Positions 58,557-64,000 of a stretch of DNA of 64,000 nucleotides are shown here, piece by piece; the first letter of the stretch is position 1, and each line of letters starts with the position of its first letter. A program made the position numbers and the translations under genes. The stretch covers positions 224,001 through 288,000 of the forward strand of contig CP170459.1 in the NCBI GenBank assembly GCA_047947115.1. Reading direction: 5' to 3'. The stretch comes from Verrucomicrobiota bacterium (GTDB taxonomy: Bacteria > Verrucomicrobiota > Verrucomicrobiia > Limisphaerales > AAA164-E04). The notes beneath the pieces were generated by a model, which did no database searches, had not been told where the DNA came from, and saw only the letters and a program-made list of their open reading frames with translations.

Positions 58557-60628
58557 ATGAAAAGCACCGTTTTTTCTTCCTCAAACCGTTCATTATCTCA
58601 TTGGAGATTCAATGCTTCGCTGCTCATCGGCTTACTGGCCTTGAGTCAAGTGCAGGGACAGGAAATCCTTTTTCAGGAAACATTCGAAACAGATGGAGAT
58701 GGCTCCCGGTATACCATCGAAGGCGGTGATGTATTCGAGGTGGATCGCATCCAATCTGAACTTGGAATCTTGGACCAACAAGGTCCCATCTATTGGTCGC
58801 GAAACACCGACGTTTCTTTTGTCGGAGTCCCCGCCCCCACCCCCGAAAAACGAGGCATTCTGGCTTACCACCACACCATCGCCGCAGATGATGTCACGGA
58901 GGATTTTCTTTCCTTTTTTGATGGCATTGTTGATTGGATGACTGGAGGCAAAAGCAACGCCACCATACTTTTCTCCCCCCTCCTGCTGGCGATGGGGATT
59001 TCGTTCTGGTAGAGCGATTGGAATCCAAAGGGCACACCGTTCTGGAAGATGACGAAGGAGGGGATTTGCCCAGTCCATCCGAGATTGACGCTGTGATAAA
59101 AAGCAGCAGTGGTGGAACGAACCCGAGCCGATTTGCGATCTACGAAGTGCCCTTATTGACCTTCGGGGCACCAGACCACGATGACATGCTGGTATCCAGT
59201 ATCGGCCAAACCATCACCACTGATATTGGCCCTGTGACCTTCCATAACACCGGCCATCCAACGGCCGGTGACATGACTGGGGAAAAAACATTTATCAACA
59301 ACTCCAACCAGTTTGATTTGGCCGGCGAAATCTTTCCCGGCAATGCCACGGTAGTCGCCAGCTTTACGCGAACCATTGCGGCGAGTGTGGACAGCATTGA
59401 GGAGGCACAACAAGTCATCAATGGTGAGATCAAAAACCGGAAATCCACCGGCACCCTACCGGAAGCCGATATCGTGGCTGCCGGTAACGCGGCAAGCGGC
59501 GGTATATTCAGTGGCGATTTTGCGGCTCCCGGAAATCCTGCCGGTGGATTCGTCACAGTCGCTAAAGGACAAATACGGATCGGATCGGCCGACACCATCT
59601 CCGTTGCTCTGGGAGCGGATGATGGCGGTTACGTTCGCATTGATCTGGATGGCAACGGTATTTCGGCAGATGATCAGGTGCTGACTTTGGACGGAACGGG
59701 AGCGTTCCGTTATACAACAGCGGATGTTGATTTCCCGGCGGGGACTTTTGATTTCGAATGGGTGGCTTACAACTCCAGTGGAGCTTTTGGCAGCGAGTTT
59801 CTGACCGCTTTTTCCGCTGGTGGAGGCACTCCGACCACCATCGATGATTTCGAATGGGAACCGGTCAGCGATATCAGTGGCGCCATCACATTGGTGGGCG
59901 ACATTGATGTCACCACCTACGCGATGGATGTTCCTCCCGAACAGGAAACAGTGCCTTTCTTCATCGCACTGGAAGCTCCGGAAGATGGGGGTTCGGTGTT
60001 TGGCGGCGGACCGTTTGCCGGATTTGAGGGGAACGCCTTCTTTGCCGGATCAGGATTGAACAAATTCGATGCGGGTGTTTTGCCCAAAACCATCACTTGG
60101 AACGCCCCCATCAACGTAGCCGGCAAGGAAAACCTGAACCTTACGATTGCTGCAGCGGCCACCTTTCTGGATTTCGAAACATCCGATTTCCTGAGGGTAT
60201 ACATTGACGACGGAAACCCCTTGATCGATTTCACAGCTCCAAGTGGAAACGACAAATACTTCAATGATCAGGGCACCAATGGAGAAAACCCTACGAGATT
60301 GAACCTCAACTTTCAGGACATCACCTATCCGATTCCTGCGGGCACCTCCACCATTAATCTTAGGATTGAATCCACCACCACCTGGTGGAACGAAATAGTT
60401 GGAATCGACAAGATCCGCATCACATCAGGTGAACTGCAAACTGTCGAGCCTACCGTCAGCATCGCCCGTGAGGGGGATAATATCGTGGTAAGCTGGACCG
60501 GCATTCTACAATCTGCGGCAGACATCAACGGACCTTGGGTGGATGTTGCGGACGACACCAACAGCCCAATTGTCATTGCACCTGACGACCAGTTGCCCAT
60601 GCAATTTGGCCGGGCCGTGGCACCCTGA
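58557..60628 (+). pseudogene. Secreted acidic beta-rich protein (PA14-like segment) split by a frameshift at a C6 run
   Basis: ORF 58557..59012 (signal peptide, FQETFETDGDGSRY) and ORF 58934..60628 join at TTCTCCCCCCT (C6 at 58975-58980); GADDGGYVRID; C-terminal SIAREGDNIVVSWTGILQSA...GPWVDV. Confidence 0.7.
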
Positions 60629-60838
60629 CCATCATTGAATCAGATTTTCTTGTCGAAAGACAGGATTTGGCGGGTCTCGGGAAACAAATGTAACCGTGTG
60701 TGTTTTCCCGGGGCCCGTTGTTTTTTGACATCAATTTGCTTGCCTGCGCATGGTCATCGGAGGCTTGATTGGGGATCGGAGAACGAAGCAAAAGTTGAAC
60801 AAAAACTGGTTTCTTAAGAATACGCACAACGAAAAGCC

Positions 60839-61273
60839 ATGAAAATCACAGACGCACTATTGGCCGAACACACGGTTTTTCACAGCCTCTTTGAAGTGGT
60901 CGAAAAGCAGCTCGACCAAGCCCCATCCATCGAACGCATTCGCCAGCTGGCGGAGATCCTGCTCCACCTGCTCGAAAAACATGGCCAGGCCGAGCACGAT
61001 CTGCTGGTTCCACCCATTGAACCGTTTTTGCATGAAATCGGGCATTTGGAAAATTTCCATAAGGAAGACGATATCATCATCGAAACACTTCAGAAAATCA
61101 GCGAATGCGAAGATGCCGAACTGGCCAAGCAAATCCTGACCAAAACCCTACGTCTGGCGAATGATCACTTTGACAAGGAAGAACGCTTTGTCTTCCCTCT
61201 TGCAGAAAAACACATCAGCGAGAAATCTCTGAATGAACTCGGCGACGCCTGGGCAAAAGGTAAGGAATTGTAG
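60839..61273 (+). CDS. Hemerythrin-like (HHE) domain protein
   Basis: LLAEH, H...EHDLL.P, H...D, HFDKEERFVFPLA. Confidence 0.85.
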   Translation: MKITDALLAEHTVFHSLFEVVEKQLDQAPSIERIRQLAEILLHLLEKHGQAEHDLLVPPIEPFLHEIGHLENFHKEDDIIIETLQKISECEDAELAKQILTKTLRLANDHFDKEERFVFPLAEKHISEKSLNELGDAWAKGKEL

Positions 61274-61389
61274 ATTTGTAATGGTGAATTAACCATTCGG
61301 TAGTAAGTAGCCATGAGTGACGCGCCGGGGACAGCACTTTCTATCCCCTCTCCCCGAATTCACTATTTACCATCCACTATTATAAATTC

Positions 61390-64000
61390 CTATCTGGGAG
61401 CCAGTGTTTCGTCCAGCCCCAGAAGACTGAGTGCTACGCCGAAGGCTGGGAAGGTTTCTGGGGAAACTTTCATGTCCGGCTTTCCTAGTTCGATCAGTAT
61501 GGTTTGTTGATCTGGTTTACCAAGGGACTCGTAGAGCTCAAAACTGTGCATGAGTCGCGATTGCTCGCTGGCACTGGGAGCCCTAAGCAATATTCTTTCA
61601 AACAGATAATCAACCTGCGCACCTGCTCCCGAGCCAACCTTGTCGCTCGCCTGACGCCCCAATTCCGCAGCCGCTTCCAGCAAAGTGGGCGCATTCATCG
61701 CTGCGAGGGCCTGCAGGGGGGTGTTTGTATGGGCCCGACGAACAACACAAGATTCGCGGTCCGCAGCATCAAAGGTCTGGAGCAGTGGCGGAGCCACAGT
61801 GCGCTTGAAATAGGTATAGATGCTTCGTCGATATAAATCGGCTCCTTGACTTTCCGGATACTTCTTTCGACTCACGGCTTCCCACAGATCATCGGGCTGA
61901 TAGGGATAAACCGGAGCCCCGCCCAGACGATCCACAACCAACCCGGACAGCATCAACATCTGATCCCTTACAAAATGTGCCGGCAACCGATTGCGTGGCC
62001 CCCTTCCCAACCATTGGTTGTCCGGATCCCATATATAATCCCCAGCTGCCGCATCTGAGCTCTGACGATAGGTAGCACTGGTGACCATGGTCCTGATCAG
62101 TCTTTTGACATCCCACCCTGATTCCACAAATTCGACCGCCAACCAATCCAGCAACTTAGGATGAGAAGGAAGCGATCCCTGGACTCCAAAGTCTTCTGCC
62201 GTTTCCACCAATCCGCGCCCGAACAACATCTGCCAGACACGATTCACAAACACCCGTGACGTTAAAGGGTGCCGACCACTCACCAGCCACCGGGCCAATC
62301 CAAGTCGGTTGGCCGGTGCTTCATTATTCCACTCGGATAACATGGCAGGCACCCCGGCATCGATTGGTTTTCCAAGGTTGTTGTATTGCCCCCGGGTCAG
62401 CACATAGGTCTGACGCGGTTCATCCATTTCCTGCATAATCATCACGGTAGGCAAGGATTCCATGCAGGATTGCAGATCACGTTCAGCCTGTCGCACAGTG
62501 TTCAAAGCCATTGAAATCACCGGATGCTGCGTTTGTTCCAGATAGACCAACCGCGCAAGCAATGTTTGTCGCCTGGACCGTTCGGAAGGCATCAGTCTGA
62601 GCACTTCACTGATCGGCAGAGATTCCGAAAGAACCTCGATTTCCCGCGGCTTGAGCACGCGATTGTATATCCTCAGCTCATCCACTGCTCCGGCAAAATC
62701 GTTCGCCATGGAACTCCGGCCCAGAAGAAATGGATTGGAGGAATGCGAACCGGGATTGGAATCGTTATTGTGCGTGATATCCAATTCGATCGATTTGCCA
62801 TCCACAAATAGTTCGATACCCCGAGCGCTCATGGAGGCATCGTACGTGACCATCACATGATACCATTGCCCGGCAGGAAAAGTCCCGATCGACCTGACGC
62901 CAATCCTGCCCGCGTACCCCTGAGAAATGGACAGATATTCAAAGTGTCCCTGATCATATACCAATTGAAAGCCTCGCCCCCCCACACCATCTTCAATGCG
63001 AGAAAACACAGCACCACCGGCATTGTCATCCGCACGCACCCAGAGGCCGATACTGTAGGGAGTCACATTGTTGAATCTTCCGATGTCTCCCAGGGAACCT
63101 GACCATTTACCATCCAACTGAATCCCCTTCCCACGCACCCCCTCGCACCAGGTGATTCCCTCTGGATCCAGATCAGACTTCAAAGCATTGGCATCGAACC
63201 CTTCAAGGCCGGTTTCAAAAGTCCGTTCATTCACAAGACCGTCGCGAAGAAAGGACAGGTCAGCTGATTCCTGTTTGGAAAACGTTCTCCAATGTTCCAG
63301 TTCACGATCAATCAATGCATCCAAGTCTGCCAATCTGCTTTCCGCATGGGCCAAATCAAGTTTCAACCCGGTTAGGTGTTCACGCTGGATACGGTTCGGA
63401 GCGTGTATGTAGGGTTCGGAATTGCCGTCACGGATGGCGCGCCCTGTCTCGGGGACATTGTGAAAAAAGGCAAACAAACCGTAGTAATCATCCATGGTCA
63501 ACGGATCATATTTGTGGTCATGGCAACGGGCACACCCAATAGTCAGCCCAAGCCAGGTGGTCGCGGTGGTTTCGACGCGATCAGCCACATTTTCCACCAA
63601 CACTTCTTCCGGAATGGAACCGCCCTCCGAATTGTAACGATGATTGCGATTAAACCCGGTGGCAATCCGTTGATCCAAGGTCGCGCCAGGAAGCAAATCA
63701 CCTGCCAGTTGCTCAATGGTCAATTGATCAAATGGCATGTTTGCATTGAAAGCATCGATCACCCAATCGCGCCAGGGCCACATTTCGCGCTCTCCGTCAT
63801 TCTGGTAACCATGTGTATCAGCATACCTTGCAGCATCCAGCCAGGGCAAAGCCATCCGCTCTCCAAAATGAGGTGAAGCTAACAAGCGCACAACCAGGTC
63901 GTCGTAGGATGCTTCAGAATATGTTTGAACAAACGATTCCACCTCTTCGATGGAAGGAGGCAAGCCAGTCAAATCCAGATACAAACGGCGAATCAAGGTC
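61390..64000 (-). CDS. DUF1549/DUF1553 protein with an internal LamG domain (5' end outside the window)
   Basis: WLDAARYADTHGY, CARCHDHKYDP, LamG GQWYHVMVTYD...FAGAVDELRIYNR, PSHPKLLDWLA, TNTPLQAL. Confidence 0.9.
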   Translation of the reverse strand, partial: TLIRRLYLDLTGLPPSIEEVESFVQTYSEASYDDLVVRLLASPHFGERMALPWLDAARYADTHGYQNDGEREMWPWRDWVIDAFNANMPFDQLTIEQLAGDLLPGATLDQRIATGFNRNHRYNSEGGSIPEEVLVENVADRVETTATTWLGLTIGCARCHDHKYDPLTMDDYYGLFAFFHNVPETGRAIRDGNSEPYIHAPNRIQREHLTGLKLDLAHAESRLADLDALIDRELEHWRTFSKQESADLSFLRDGLVNERTFETGLEGFDANALKSDLDPEGITWCEGVRGKGIQLDGKWSGSLGDIGRFNNVTPYSIGLWVRADDNAGGAVFSRIEDGVGGRGFQLVYDQGHFEYLSISQGYAGRIGVRSIGTFPAGQWYHVMVTYDASMSARGIELFVDGKSIELDITHNNDSNPGSHSSNPFLLGRSSMANDFAGAVDELRIYNRVLKPREIEVLSESLPISEVLRLMPSERSRRQTLLARLVYLEQTQHPVISMALNTVRQAERDLQSCMESLPTVMIMQEMDEPRQTYVLTRGQYNNLGKPIDAGVPAMLSEWNNEAPANRLGLARWLVSGRHPLTSRVFVNRVWQMLFGRGLVETAEDFGVQGSLPSHPKLLDWLAVEFVESGWDVKRLIRTMVTSATYRQSSDAAAGDYIWDPDNQWLGRGPRNRLPAHFVRDQMLMLSGLVVDRLGGAPVYPYQPDDLWEAVSRKKYPESQGADLYRRSIYTYFKRTVAPPLLQTFDAADRESCVVRRAHTNTPLQALAAMNAPTLLEAAAELGRQASDKVGSGAGAQVDYLFERILLRAPSASEQSRLMHSFELYESLGKPDQQTILIELGKPDMKVSPETFPAFGVALSLLGLDETLAPR

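Overview
Bacterial chromosomal window. Gene families (DUF1552, DUF1549/DUF1553 plus DUF1501, N-methyl pseudopilin with an H-X9-DG C-terminus, PQQ-like propellers) suggest a PVC-superphylum organism, probably Verrucomicrobiota; this is inference. The backbone is housekeeping genes (dxs, xseB, pyrC, bioB, dtd, pgpA, pgsA, ubiD-family) plus tRNA-Gly(TCC) and tRNA-Gln(TTG). Downstream of tRNA-Gly, about 14.5-21.3 kb is a decayed mobile region: an att-like copy of the tRNA 3' end, an intact ISL3 with an 8-bp TSD splitting a beta-helix gene, a truncated IS21 fused to a BrnA/CopG antitoxin remnant, and an integrase remnant. Most notable: (1) a complete PHA cluster (phaR, phasin-like, phaA, short PhaE-like subunit with a histone-like tail, phaC, divergent SDR) with candidate PhaR operators; (2) a BioB whose auxiliary-cluster ligand positions match neither described type; (3) a trypsin-thioredoxin fusion; (4) four toxin-antitoxin loci, none with an intact toxin; (5) several small non-coding repeat families (GTAG and GGAG REP doublets, TCCCG-N6/7-CGGGA palindromes inside REPs, heptamer repeats between convergent genes); (6) a 7-gene MoxR/DUF58/RDD/SpoIIM operon; (7) a secreted-protein gene frameshifted at a C6 run. 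Domain calls come from motif recognition by eye; no database searches were run.
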